49,468 nucleotides of DNA from Octopus sinensis (GCF_006345805.1 NW_021834333.1:1-49468); one strand, 5' to 3'. Counted from the first letter of the stretch, positions 1 through 14,250 are shown. The notes: generated by a model from the letters alone, not told the origin. A program made the numbers and translations.

Positions 1-378
1 GGTTGTATGTATCTATGCATGCATGTATTTATGTATGCATGTATGCATGTATGCATGTATTCTTGTATGCTTATATGCATGTGTGCATCTATGTAAGTAT
101 GCTTGTATGCAGGTATGTATGAATGCATGTATGCTTGAATGTATGTAAATATATTTCAATGTATACATGTATGTATGTAAGTGTGCATATATGTATTTAT
201 GAATGTATGCATATATCCATGTTTGCATGTATGGATGTAAGTATTTATGCATTATGTATGTATGCATGTATGTATTTAGGTATGCATGTAAATATGTATG
301 TATGTACATGCATGTATTTATGTATGCACCCTTGCATTCGTGTATATATGTATGTATATATGCATGCATGCACGCATG

Positions 379-438
<60 letters not shown>

Positions 439-3400
439 TTATGCATGCATGAATGTATGCACGTATGAATGCATGTATGTGTATATGCAGATATGTGTGA
501 ATACACGTACGTAAACCTGCATGTATGCATTATGTACGTAAGCCTGTATGTAATATATATGTATGTATGCATACAAGAATGTATGCATGTATGCATGTAT
601 GTATGTATGCATTTACGTTTGTGTGTATGTAATTATTATGTATGCAAGTATGCATGTATTATATATGTCTGCATGTATGTGTGTAACTATGTATGTATGC
701 ATGCAAGTATGTATATATGTGTATATGCATGCATGCATGAAATTGTGTTCATGCATGCATGAATGCATATATACTTGTCTGCATACACCTATGTAATATG
801 TTGTATGCATATATGTATGCATATATGTATGCATGTACGTATGTATATATGCATGTATGTAGGTATTATGTTGGCATGTATGTAAGTATCTAGTACGTAA
901 GTATTACGTACGTAAGTATTATGTATGTATGTAACTGTGTATATGTCAATATATTTATATATGTATGTGTGATTGTATGTATGTATTTGATGTATGCATA
1001 TATGGAGGTCTATACGTATGCATGTATATATGTATGCATATATGCATGTATGCATGCAAGGTTTTATACATGTATGTATGTATGCATGCATTCATGTATA
1101 TGTATGTATATATTATGCATGTATACGTGTATGCATGTATATGTATATGTATGTATGCGTGTATGTTTCATGTATGCATGCATGCATATATGTATGCAGG
1201 CATGCATGTATGCATATATATGTATGTATATATGTATGTGCGTATGTAGTTACGTTCGTATGTATGCATGTATGTATGTATGTATGCATCTATATATTGA
1301 TAAATATATGTACGTATACATGTATGCATGTATGCATGCATGTATGTATGCATGCATCCATGTATGCATTAATTTTTTTAAGCATGTATGTATTTATGCA
1401 TGTGTGTATGTATGTATGCATCTATGTAAGTATGTATATATGTATGCTTTTATATATGTACGTTTGCATTATAAATGTATGCATGTATGTATGCAAGTAT
1501 TATACATGTATGTATATGTGTGTATGTATGTATGTATGCATGCATGCATGTATTTATATATTTATGTATGCATGCATGCAGGTAGATGTGTATGCATGCA
1601 TGCAGGTATATGTGTATGTATATATGTATGTATGCATGTAGTATGTGTATATGTAGTATGTATGTTTGTATGCATGTGTGCATGTGTGCACGTATGCATG
1701 TATATTTGTATGTATGCATGCATATATGTGTGCATCTATGAATGTCTGTTCATACGTATGCATGTATGCATATCTGTATACATACATATATACATGTATG
1801 CAGGTATATATGTATCATGTATGTATTACGTACGTATGTATTATGCATGTATGCATGCATGCATGCATGTATATATCATTATCTAAGGAGGCATGCATGC
1901 ATGCTTACGTGTATGTCTGTCTGTATGTATGTATTATGCAGTTATGTATATATATATGCATGTATATATGTATGTCTGTGTGCATGTATGCACGTGTGCA
2001 TGTATGCACGTGTGCATGTATGCAAGTATGCATCATGTATGTATGTATATATGTACTTATGCCTGTATGTCTGCATGTATTATGCATTCATGTATACATG
2101 TATATATATATATATGTATGCATATATGTATGCCTGTATGTATGTATGCATTATGTATGCATGCATGTATGCGTGGATGAATGCATCTATGTATGTAGAT
2201 ATGCCTGCATGGATGTATATACGTATGTCGTATGTATGTATGTATGTATGTATGTATGTATATATGTACTATGTATGTATGTATGACTGCATAATTGCAT
2301 GCGTGTATGTAAGCATGTTTGTTTGCATGCATGTACGTTTGTATGTGTGTATTTGTGTACGTATGTATATATACAGGTATGTACGTTTCTATCTATGTAT
2401 ATATGCATGTATGTAAGTATGCATATATGCATATTTGTATGTATGCTTATATGTATATATGCATGTTTGCATGTTTGCATATATGTATGTATGTATGCAT
2501 GCATATATATGTATATTCATGTATTTTGTTATGCATGCATATATATATATATGTATATATGAATGTAGTGTGTATGTATGTATGCATGTATGAATGTATG
2601 CATACATGTATGTATGCATGTATGTATATATGCATGTGTGTATGTATATGTGTACCTATGCATGTATTATCTACGTACGTATTATCTATGTATGTATCAT
2701 GTATGTATGTATGTACGCATGTATACATGTATATATGTATGTTTATATTCTTGCATACATCTATGTATGTATGCCTGTATTCTTGTATAAAAGTATGTAT
2801 GAATGTATGTATGCATGTATTTATGCACGTATATATGTATGTATGTTTGTATGTACGCATGCATGCAGGCATTTGTGTTTCGATGTACATATGCATGCAT
2901 GTTTTCAGATATGCATGTATGTATGCATGTATATATGTATGTATGCAAGTATGTCTGCATATCTGCATGTATGCATGCCTACATGCATGTATATATATAT
3001 ATAAATGTGTGTATGTAGGTATGTATGTATACATGTATGTATGCATGTAAGCATTTATGTATGCAAGTATATAGGTAAGCAAGTATGTATTATGTATGCA
3101 TGTATGTATGTGTGTATGTATACATGTATGTATGCATGCATATATATATATATGTATGTATGCATGTATATATGTATGTATGTATATATGTATTATGTAT
3201 GTATGCATGTATGTATGTATGGGTGCATGTATGCACATATATATGTATGCATTCATGTACTTATGCACGTATATATGTATGTCTGTTGTATGTATGTATG
3301 TATGCGCGTATTATGTTTGTATGTATGTATATATATGAATGTATGAATGCATGTATATATTACGTATGTATGCATATATGTATGTGTGCATGTATGCATG

Positions 3401-5835
3401 TATGTGTGTATGTATACATGGGTGTATACATGTATATATGCATGTAGGTTTTTATGCATGCATGCATGTATGCATATATGTATGTATGTATATATGTATT
3501 TATACATATACGTATGTATGTACGTATGCATGTATGTATTATGCATGCATGCATGGTTGCATGTATGTATGTATGCACGTATGTAAATATGTATGCATGT
3601 ATGCGTGTATGCAGGTTTATATGTATGCATTTCTGTATGTATGTTTGTATGCATGTACATATGTATGTATTATGCATGTATTTATGCATGTATGTTTGTA
3701 TGCATGTATGTATGAATGTAGTATGTTTGTATGAATGTTTGTATATTTTAGGTCTGTATGTATATATGTATTATGTATGTATGCATGTATGTATGTATAT
3801 ATTCATGTAATATCTATGCTTGTATTCATATATGCACGTATGTATACATGTTTGTATGCATGTGTGCATGTATGCAAGCATGTATGTATTTATGTATGCA
3901 TAGATATATATATATATATATATATATTATATCTTCATCATCCTTCGACCGTGGTCGAGACAATGGAATTTACTCTTACGCTAGACATCACGTTACATCA
4001 TAGCATTTCGGAGGTCCTGTTGCTGGATGCCTGTATCCCTGGAGACTACATTAGGGTAGGAGAATGTGCAGCCTCTGATCTCTTGAGCAGATGGCTTCCT
4101 GAGGAGGAGAAGATTAGAAATTTCCTCGTTTTCAGCTCTACAACAATGTCCAGCAAACTGGACTCTTCTACCTTTCACAAAAAATGATACAAGTGGTAAT
4201 TTCCCTTACTCTATATGTATACATGTATATATGTATGTGTGTATGTATGCATTCTTGTATGTACGTATGTATTCATTCTTGTATGCATCGATGCATGCTA
4301 CTCTTTATGTATGTATATATGTATGCATGAATGTATGAATGTATTAATGCATGTATGTATGCATATATATATACGTACTTCCATGCAGGCAGATATACAT
4401 ACATACATGCATGCATATATGCATACATATATACACACATAAATACATAATGATTTCATACATATATACATACATACAAAATACACATATATATATATAC
4501 ATACATACATGCATACATACATATATGTATACATACATATATGCATACACATGTATACATGCCCGAATGTAAATATGCATGCGCGTATGCATGCACGTAT
4601 GCAAGCATACATGCATGCACACATGCATATATACATACATACATGCATGCATACATACAAACATACATACACATATACATACATAATACATACAGATATG
4701 CATACATACATACATATAAACATACATGCATGGAAGCATTCCCATATACATACATATAAACATACATATATGCATATGTATATTATATACACACATAATA
4801 TTACATGCATTCATGCATACATACATACATGCGTACATATATTGATACATACATACATACTCCCATATATGCATACATAATTACATACAAGCATACATAT
4901 ATGGATGCAAACATGTGTACATACGTACATGCGTAAAAACGTATGTATATATATACATACATGCATACATACATAAATGAATAAATGCATGTATACATAC
5001 ATATATACATGCATACTTGCATTCATGCATACATGCATACATACATACACGCATACATACATATATGCATACATACATATATGCATATATATATATACAT
5101 ACATGCATACATAAAGGGATATGTAGTTAGATGCATACATACATACAGACATACATTAATACATACATACATACATGCATACAGACATATATACATAATA
5201 CGTACATACATTCATATATACATACATGCATATATGCATACATACAGACATGCATACATATATGCATACATGTATACATACATACTTTCATACAGACATG
5301 CATGTATGCATACATACATACGTACATACATAGGAAGATACATACATATATACGTACATGCATACATGCATATCTGCATTTACGCATCCATATGTACCTA
5401 CACACATGTGTACATGCGTACATTTATACATATATACATGCATATATGCATACATGTATACATGATACATGCATACATACATGCACAGTGCATACATACA
5501 TACATACATGCATAGATGCAAACATACATAGATGAATACATGCATACATACATGCATACATGCATACTTTCATGCATGCAAAATGCATACTTGCATTCAT
5601 ACATACATGCAAACATGCAGATATGCATATATCTATATACATAAATGCATATATCCATACACACATGCATACGTAGATACATGCATGCATACACACATAT
5701 ATACATGCATACATACACACATACAGACATACATACATGCATACATCCACATATGCATACTTGCATACATACATGCATACATCCACATATGCATACTTGC
5801 ATACATACATACACTCATACATACTTACATGCATT
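1..5835. repeat. Degenerate (TATG)n/(CATA)n satellite with TATGCATG variants and (TA)n patches
   Basis: Near-continuous purine/pyrimidine alternation. TATG on + until ~4370, CATA on + afterwards. Interrupted by a LINE fragment at ~3932-4212. Confidence 0.97.
3932..4212 (-). mobile_element. 5'-truncated 3' end of an RTE-type LINE
   Basis: Minus-strand translation KGRRVQFAGHCCRAENEEISNLLLLRKP...FSYPNVVSRDTGIQQQDLRNAMM resembles an RTE ORF C-terminus. Short (TGA)n-like tail. Clearly homologous to 31206-31527. Confidence 0.8.
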
Positions 5836-6116
5836 CTTATTTTTAATATTTGTAAGTGACCGTGAATGCGTGTTCTATGTCGGGTCACCAATTTGTAAGG
5901 ACCGTGTAATATGAGGTGAGGGGAATGGCTCTTTAGTACCACATCAAACAGCCCTTACCATAAAGAGAAAATTGAATAGAACCAATAAATGCCAGATGGA
6001 AAAAGACACAACCGTATAAGAACGATTACGAGAATATTTATTGATATGTTAACGTGTGTCTGTGTGTGTGTCATGTATACAGAATAATAGACAGGCCATC
6101 ATAAGAACAAGATGTA

Positions 6117-6148
<32 letters not shown>

Positions 6149-6176
6149 TGTGTGCGTGCATAGATGTATGCGCGTG

Positions 6177-6850
6177 TGTTAAGAACATATAAGGATGGCA
6201 ATGAAGGAGACAATGAACTAGTCTCTAATGATCTAAGTGAGAAGTTCTCATAGACACAAGAACGATGATACCATTTCGTAGTCAATAGGAGACGGTAGTT
6301 GAAGTACTGTATCAAGAAGTCGCGGCCATGATGCTGAGCCAGTACATGTCGTACGTGAAGTCGTGGCTGTGATGCTGCTGCCTGGGTCATGTGATACAGG
6401 AGTTCATGCAGGTTGTATATTCGCTGTTGATCCAGAGCGAAGCTGTAGAGAGATGATGTTAACGACGTTAAGAAGGATGGTGACGACGAAGAAGAAGGTT
6501 GCCGTGAATGCTGTTGGACGAAGTTGGTAAGTCTCAAAACATAGCTGCTGCGGTGGTGGTGTACCCTGGCGTTGTCGCTGGAACTAGCTGTGTCTTTGTG
6601 GTCAGTGGCTAGACCTTAAAAGGCCTGGAACCAAAGACCCCAGAAAGAGGAAAAGCTGAATTTTTATAAGAAACTCTAGGCTAAAAACAGGGCTGTAAAC
6701 AGGTTCTCCCACGTGACCTTAGTTAGGGCCTCCGACTGGTTATACGCGGCAGTTGGCGCGACAGAGTAAGAGACAAATTGTGCCAATACCAACCAAATCA
6801 GAGTAGTGGACATCCAAATAGCGACCAAAGGTTAGCTGTTCCCTGCTACG
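6177..6850 (-). mobile_element. Unclassified GC-richer repeat, possibly a solo LTR
   Basis: Compositionally distinct block. Minus strand starts CGTAGCAGGG (TG-like start), contains TATAAAAA and ends ...TTAACA. No TSD found. Confidence 0.2.
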
Positions 6851-8599
6851 TTCGAATGCACGTATATATTATAAAGAGGAGAGAGGAATTTCGCCTGAGG
6901 AATTTCGCTACGCATTCATTTCTCCATTTCTTGAGTATAACTGAGGAGTTATAATGATATCGAAACATATCCGTTGCTTTAAATACAAGCTCCACTTCCA
7001 TCTGCACTGTCCAGAGGGTTTCAATATCTTATCTTTGTTTGTTAGGTGAGATATATGCCTTTAGCATACGATGTGGAAGAATCTGACAATTAGGTGTGCT
7101 GGGCAGGGTAGAAACAGCAATTGAACTTTGAGGAATAGGGAAAAGATGCTTTGAATTAAAATAACGAAGTTGTTCTCATTGAGAACCAAATGAAATAGCT
7201 GAGTGAAGTTTATGTTTGCAGAAATACCTTACGGAATGCAGTGTATAACCTAGACAACAGAAATTAGTTAGAAAAAGAAAATGAGAAATATATCTTTAGA
7301 TTAAGATGTATGGAATGCATTGTTGTTTTTGTTAAATCCAAAGATCATCTCTGAACAAGTAAACCAATGAGCAAAGACATTCCAACCTTGACCATCTCAT
7401 TGTTTTCACATATTGTATAGCTACATTATCTAACATCTTTCTTTTAAAGATTTAAGGGTGGTGTGATTTAGAGTGTTTTGGCTGTTATTTCTAGCAGCTG
7501 TGATGACCATGTAGAAACACCCCTTCAACTCATGTGTAATTTTAAATTAGTAAGAGATAGTGTGTAGGATAGGGTCACATTGAAGGTCATGCATATTGGT
7601 TAGAAGAGAAGAAATTGTTCAGCAGATTTTAGTGTTTCTTTTTTGGTGAGGAAGAAACCCTGACTGATGAATTGTTCTTCAAAAATTGAGACCAGGGACC
7701 ACAAAAGGTCACTAGAAATCACATTCGATGTGAATCCTGCGCCTCACTCAAACACTACATTATGAACAACTAGTTTACTAAGAAAGTTATCAAAGAGCTA
7801 GATTAAGAAGTATATCAAATAAATATAAAAGGTTTCAAATTCTGTAGTTGGGGAAATCCATTTGGTTTCTATGTGATGGTCTGAATTATGTGAGGAGGTA
7901 TTCCAATACTACTTTATTGTTATACCCATCTCTACATTCATCGGAAATAACATTTCTAGCTGAAAACTTCTGTATTACTGAGTTCAGAAAAATCTTTCCA
8001 AAATAGCAATATTTACTGCATGGTAATGTAGGCCAATCACACAAGGTGCAAATCCCAGAGTCACTCAAAACAATGGTCAGTGGCAGCATGCTTCAAAGCC
8101 TCATCTCAACCAGAACTAGATCATCATTTTCATGTCTCAAGTTCCCTCTAAATTCTATAATTTTGAGGCAACTGTTAAATCTCCTGCATCCCATGAGAAG
8201 TGCATTTTTTTATATTTAGTTCACTTCTCATGCTATTCTTTCAAAAACTTTGTATTTTGTCATCTTTTTGAAGGGTGTGTTTTTTAATCTCTTCTTTCTC
8301 ATTTTGTGCTTAAAGTTTTGTTACATTTAAAAAATGTTGCTGCTTTTATTGCTACTTATATAGCCGTTAAGGTTGTTCTGTTGATAGATTACACGTCAAC
8401 AAGTCAACAAACTGAAATTTGATCGACCAATTTGTATCAACATTCTCCTCTGACTTCTAACAAATTATACGGTCCAAGCTGACTTATCCAACTTATTGTT
8501 TGTTTTGGTGCTTCTTTTATCATTGATTTTGACAGGACTTGAAACTTAGGATGTAAAAGAATAACGCAAAACATTTTATCCTGGGAACACTAGTATACA

Positions 8600-8735
8600 T
8601 TACATTCAATAATAATGATTTCAAACATAGGCGCATATCTGCCAATTTAAGATAGAGGTATATAGTCCTATCTAACTGACTGACTCCAATACTTGACTGG
8701 TGTTTATTTCATTGATCAGGGAAGGTTTGATCTAA
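8600..8735 (-). mobile_element. Degenerate SINE fragment
   Basis: Minus strand GATCAATGAAATAAACACCAGTCAAGTATTGGAGTCAG resembles the central domain of the SINEs at 38355 and 47325. Confidence 0.4.
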
Positions 8736-8984
8736 AGATAAAGATACATTAAGCAAAACAAGTTATTTTTGACCGATGCACAATTCAAATAATAACAAGG
8801 ATTTCTTACATCAATAGTAATGTTTTATTATCAAATGGAAAAAAAAATATTTTTCATAAAAGTAAAGATTTATATATTTTTACATTTATTGTTGAGAAAT
8901 TTAAAAATTAATAAAAGGGAAAAAATGGAGTATTCAAACAGTTATGCATCATTAAATTGGAAGAAAATTCTGTAAAAATAGATA

Positions 8985-11095
8985 AGACGCGTAGGCTAGG
9001 ACCCGGTTACTGGAAGCTGAACATGTCGTTTCCTGCATGTAAGGCTTACAGGGGCCGGATCAGCAATTTAGTTAAGTAGAAATTGACAGAGGGAGCCTTC
9101 AACAACAGGTGGTGGGCGGCTCTCAAAAGAGAGATTAGAGTAATGTCGATATGGTTTAGGAAAGAAATAGCGTTAGAAAAAAAGAAAAAAGGAGGGGTTA
9201 GTAACTAAACTAGACGAGACTATTTGTAGTGGCATTGCAACTGACGTGCTAGCAACGAAAATGGCATTAGACCAATCCTTAAACGCGAAACATGAAGGTT
9301 GCATTGTCAGAGCTAAGGCGCGTACTCTAAGAAATGAGGGGATCAAAGCTGTTTGATGGGCCCGCGTGGCGGAGACGCAGCGTGGTAACAAAACCACAAT
9401 TCGGTCTTTGACGGATCGAGACGGACACGAGCTGAGCGATTCCAGGCAGATATGTGAGGCCTTTCACCAGCCCTTTCCTCGGTTGTTCGGTGAGAGTAGT
9501 GGGGCGGAGATGGTGGCGGACTTAGGTTCCATCGATATCTGGAGGCTGTCCTCAAAGCGGCTGGCTTCGGCCCCATCTTCAGATGTTGGATCGCTGCAAT
9601 GCACAGCGGCATCTGCTCGGTGGTCAAAATTAATGGCCACCACTCGGAACCGTTTCAGATCTCCCGATAGGTCCGTCAAGGGTTCCCTCTTTCCTCCCTA
9701 CTGTAAGTATTGAGTTTTGAGCCTTAGCTACTGAAGCTGGAGTTGCTGCAGGGCATCCCGCTGCAGGGACTAGGTGACGAGCAGAGTAGCCTGTCCCACC
9801 CAGAAATGGGCTGGGAGGAAGCTATCACTGAAAGGTCGAGCGGAGGTGGCGAATGCGTACATTGCGTCCATCATCTACTACCGCTTGACCGTCGTGCCTT
9901 GCCCCCGATCGTGCCTCGCCAAGTTAGAACGCCTCCACTTCAAAATTCCTGTGAAGGGGACAGGTTTCATTAGTGAGGCGGTCCATCTGTCAACTCCATC
10001 TACGCGGAGGGCTAGGCATGCCGTGGCTAATGATGCGCAGACATGCACTGAAGCTGCGGCATCTCCAGATATTCTGCCTAAACAGTGAACAGATCTGGTC
10101 GCCGTTTGTCAAACGGGCTTTTCCACAGCTCGTCTCCTTGACTAAGCTGCAGTCCTGGGTCAAGAAGAGACCGAGGAAGAGTGACTGGCATCTGGAATGC
10201 TGCCAGGCACTCACCGCCCTCTACTAGGCGGGAAGTGCAATCAGTGGAACATCCACTCTTGAGTTCTATAGAGAGTTAGAGGGCGGAAAGAGCGATAACG
10301 TACTTGGAGAGAGGCTAAGTGTTGGCGAAGTCGAACTAATCCCTCTGTTCAGGATGACTTTCGAGCCAGGCACGATGGATAACTTCTAGAAATCCCTTGC
10401 TTGGCAGTGCTACCGGGGTTGGATGAAGGGAGCACTGCCGGTTCGAGATAAACTCTACAGGCACAGAAGTGCTGTCAGACAGACCTGTCCGAGATGCACA
10501 CAGAGCGACGAAACCGTTCTGCACACACTCGTCCAGTGACCTTGTATTACTGACTTGTGGAGTTATGTTGAACAGCTGTTATCACGTGTAGGACGGATCC
10601 GGCTATCGGCCGAGTCTATAGTGAAGATCGATCCGCCGCTTTCCATTTGTCCGGAAGGGCAGGCAATTTTCTTGTCTGATAGCAGTAGCGAAAGATGTTG
10701 TGTAGTGGACCAAGTTGAAAGAATTAAAGACATACTTTTCTCTTCGGCCAATCACTCATCAACTTTTTCAAATTTCATTTGGAAGGGAAGATGCGGATGG
10801 AGAAAGAAGTGCTGCCTCCCAGTACATTTGCTAAAAGGTTGGTGAAAGTAACGAAAATAGCACGTGTGAGTGGACCTACTCTAATAATGCACCTGTAGGC
10901 TAGCGAATTTGAGAGGTAAAGGGGCACGTCCTTCCCAGATGCCCTCGAAGCACCGAGTGGCTCAGGATTGGTGGGGTACCCGAGCCAACTCCAAGAGATT
11001 ACCTCTCCACTGTTGAGGAACTTTCATTGTTAAATTCTTTTGTTGGATATCGTTGTTATTCTTTTATTTGTGTACTCGTTGTTTCTGTAAAACAA
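8985..11095 (+). mobile_element. Tx1/L1-clade LINE, decayed ORF2 with internal deletions and 3' UTR
   Basis: Motifs GPGYWKLN (~9000), RAKARTLRNEG, ICEAF, KINGHHSEPF/VRQG (RT remnant), GRKLSLKGRAEV..YIASIIYY, RGGLGMP, C-terminal ETVLH..Q.P..W.YV zinc-knuckle region. Ends in TGTAAAACAACAAC. Most of the RT core is missing. Confidence 0.85.
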
Positions 11096-11329
11096 CAACA
11101 ACAAGAAAGATCTGAACTGTGAAATAGTGCGAGAAATCAGTGGCGGCAACATCCACCACCACCGTCACCACCATTAATAGTAGTTGCAGCAAACGGGGAG
11201 AACGACAACAACAAAAGTAACCCCCTCCTCGCCAACACCACAGTCACTACAACAACAAACAATATTGAAAATAAAAATCTGTGAGCCAAACTGAACAGAT
11301 CCCACACACACACAAAAAAAAAAAACAGG

Positions 11330-13218
11330 GCTATGGTGAAAGACAAAAGCAATGCAAAAGACTTTAATGAAACCAGTGAGGAACTTAAAGACGCCAACAA
11401 CAACAGCAGCAACAACAACAACAGCAGCTACAACTACAACAGTAGCAGAGATGACAACAACAACAACACAACAACACACAACAACGACAGCAGCAACGAC
11501 AACAACAACGACGGAACTGAGCAACACAAGCCGGTGCGGCGGCTTGGAATCACATCAGACTTTTTCCTTCGTTGGTGTCACCAAGTCATCTCCTCAGAGA
11601 ATAAAATTCTCTGAAGAGGAAGTAAAAAATGCCAGACACTAGTAGAAGGAGACGGTTGTTGTCAAGCTAAATACGCCCCTGAAACAACACCCCAACCACA
11701 ATCCGTCGCACATACACAACGACAACAGTCACTACCACCATCACCACCACCACAACAACAGCAACAGATTCAGAGTAAAGAGACTAGCATTATAAACTAC
11801 ATGGCAATAAGCACAAAAACAATGAATTAATGAGGTACATAATAACACACAAACATAAGAGTTTTGCTACACACAAATAGTTCAAACAACTCAAAACACA
11901 TACACAGACTTAAAAACACAATTCCCACAGGAAATCGGACAATTCTTGGAGATTTTGGTGGAAACATCCCAATCCAACAGGAGGGAGGGTCAAATCGCCC
12001 TTCCAAACAAATCAAGTAAGCTTTTCTTTTCTTTTCGACAACATGGTCGTGCACAGAATAGTCAGCGTGAATGTACGTGGTCTGGGGCCACTTTTGAAGC
12101 GGGGCCATCTGCACAACGACCTCAGGACACTGCATATCGATGTGGTGGCCATTAGTGAAACTAGAATTTCTGACTCACGGGACTTCCAACCCATTTTCGG
12201 TGATTATGAGGTGTATGCATCTCCAAGTCGTTCGGGAGCAGGAGAGGAGTCGCCGTGATGGTTTGGGAAAAAAATGTGATTCTTTCTGGATCCGAAAGGT
12301 ACATCGGTGGTGCTGGACATGACAGGTAGCGAAGGGCTAGTTGCCGTCTAGGCGCCAACAGGGGTAGGACGACTAGATTTCTTGTGACGTTTAGAAATGT
12401 TCATGGGAAAGTCCCACTCTTTAATGTTTGTGGAGGATTGGAATGGAGTTTTAGATGTAAGGTGGGACTGTGTGGGGAGGTAAGTGCAAAAACTTCGCAA
12501 ACTTGCTCAGACAATCCCAACTGTCTGACAGGTATGGACTGGATTTCCCTGATGTGCCAGTGGGGACCTGGTCAAACCGCATCGGGTCATCCAGATCGTA
12601 TCTAGATAGGGTATTTTGTAGAGTAGCAGATAAGGATTCCCATTCCTAATTGTCCGCAATTTAAAGGAGTCGACTACACAGACCACAAATTCGTTATCTG
12701 TACAGTCGACTTAGATAGGTTCCATAGACAGAGACCCGGTTACTGGAGTAGAACCCGTCGTTGCCGTAGGTAAGGATTTCAGAAATCGGATAATGAACTA
12801 GTTAAGGCGGGGCTTGACGGGGTAATCACCAATAGTTATTAATTTATTATAATAAATGTGGTTCACTCTCTGAAGAGGGCGATTAAAAACAGAATCAATA
12901 AGGTTTAGCAAAGGACTAGCAGTAGAAAGAACAGAGTAGGGGCGGGGTTAGGCAGGAAGTTGACGAAGATTTTAGAAAAGGCATCGCGATCGACGTATTC
13001 GCACCGAGATTGTCACTTGACCAAATCTTCAACACAAAACACGAAGGTTGGGTTGTCAGAGCTAAGGCCCGTACTCTAAGAGACGAAGGGACGAAAACCA
13101 TTCAGTGGGCCTGAGTGGAAGAGGCACGGTGTGGAAATAAATCCAAAATCCGATCTTTGCTGGACCACGACGAGCAAATGATAACTGATGCGATGCAGAT
13201 GTGTGAGGCCTTTCATTA
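11330..13218 (+). mobile_element. Second Tx1/L1-clade LINE: ORF1 remnant plus APE endonuclease, truncated before RT
   Basis: MVVHRIVSVNVRGLG...DVVAISETRI (12043), YTDHKF (~12675), PGYW (~12735), RAKARTLRDEG, MQMCEAF. 12720-13215 is homologous to 9000-9470. (AAC)n-rich upstream portion is tentatively ORF1. Confidence 0.8.
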
Positions 13219-13321
13219 TATAGCCCTATATTATATAGCTATAGATACATTCCTCTATTTACATAATATCGAGGTCTCATTCATTCTTTTGTTGTCCTGT
13301 TATATATATATATATATATAT

Positions 13322-13570
13322 AAACAATTGCAGCATAGAAGGTGTTTATAAGCCATTTAAGAAACACAAAAAACCGTTAGATTCACTTCAATATTTAAAT
13401 TAAATTTGTCAACATATTTTCATCGCTTTAAGACCGCGACCTGTTCACTTACAAAGCTTCGTGCTGCATCCTGATATTTTGACAAATTAAATTTAAATGT
13501 TGAAGTGAATCTAACGGTTTTGTGTGTTTCTTAAATGGCTTATAAACACCTTCCACACTGCAATTGTTTT
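13322..13570. repeat. Fold-back element (~95-bp inverted arms, ~55-bp spacer) between (TA)n tracts
   Basis: AAACAATTGCAG...TTTGTCAACATAT (13322-13416) is the reverse complement of ATATTTTGACAAA...CTGCAATTGTTT (13474-13569). Confidence 0.9.
13406..13455 (-). ncRNA. Degenerate minimal hammerhead-like motif (G3-C8 core variant)
   Basis: Minus strand TTGTAA-GTGAACA-G-GTCGC-ggtcttaaa-GCGAT-GAAA-ATAT-GT-TGACAA. Stem II is intact; stem I and position 16.1 are mismatched in this copy. Confidence 0.4.
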
Positions 13571-13749
13571 CTTTCCAGCACACGATCTCAAATCAAGTCA
13601 CTTACTATGCAAGTACATCTCCTATATATATATATCAGTAAATTTCAGAGTAGCAAAAGAATTATTTAGAAATTATTTGCTACCAGTGGTCTAGTGTGAA
13701 GAAAAAATTAGTCAATAGACTATATATCATTCATATAAATACAGTGTGC

Positions 13750-13765
13750 ACTGTATATATAATAT

Positions 13766-13804
<39 letters not shown>

Positions 13805-13923
13805 TACTGTAAATTTAGAGTGAATACTTGATAACTGTAATCACCTGTATATGCCAGGTAGTGGCAGTGGTGAGAGAACTATCAAATTTGTGTTTTGTTT
13901 TTAATTTATATTTGGTATATATG

Positions 13924-13954
<31 letters not shown>

Positions 13955-13980
13955 ATACATATATATTTATATATTCTATA

Positions 13981-14020
<40 letters not shown>

Positions 14021-14088
14021 TATATAATATATATGTATGTATGTATGTATTATGTATGTATGTATGTATTGTATATAATATATATAAT

Positions 14089-14120
<32 letters not shown>

Positions 14121-14160
14121 CATATGTATATATATGTGTATATATATATATCTGTAAATA
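13750..14160. repeat. (TA)n/(TATG)n low-complexity tract
   Basis: Direct inspection. Confidence 0.95.
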
Positions 14161-14189
14161 TAATATGTGACAATTATTCGGTAGCCAAT

Positions 14190-14250
14190 GATAAAACTCC
14201 GAGTTTCGGATGTCCGAGCGGAAACCCACGCCGGCATCTTTTCAGTTATC
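14190..14250 (-). ncRNA. Minimal type-I hammerhead-like motif in PLE 3' region
   Basis: Minus strand GATAA-CTGAAAA-GATG...CATC-C-GAAAC-TCGGA-GTT-TTATC. Stems I, II and III pair. Sense to the PLE ORF at 14830-16377. Confidence 0.6.

Noticed and set aside
13-5942. Dozens of long overlapping M/Y/V/C/H/I/T-rich ORFs
   Set aside because: Strictly alternating purine-pyrimidine DNA cannot contain stop codons (all YRR), so these are artefacts of the satellite.
6049-6537. 162-aa minus-strand ORF as a host exon
   Set aside because: No recognisable domain; ends in (CA)n/(CG)n repeats; more likely part of a repeat.
6941-6975. CTGAGGA...CGAAAC hammerhead-like core
   Set aside because: Stem I does not pair and a competing hairpin (TATAACT/AGTTATA) sequesters the core; no associated PLE.
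11137-11642. Poly-Val/Thr/Asn ORFs
   Set aside because: (AAC)n low-complexity sequence associated with the Tx1 elements.
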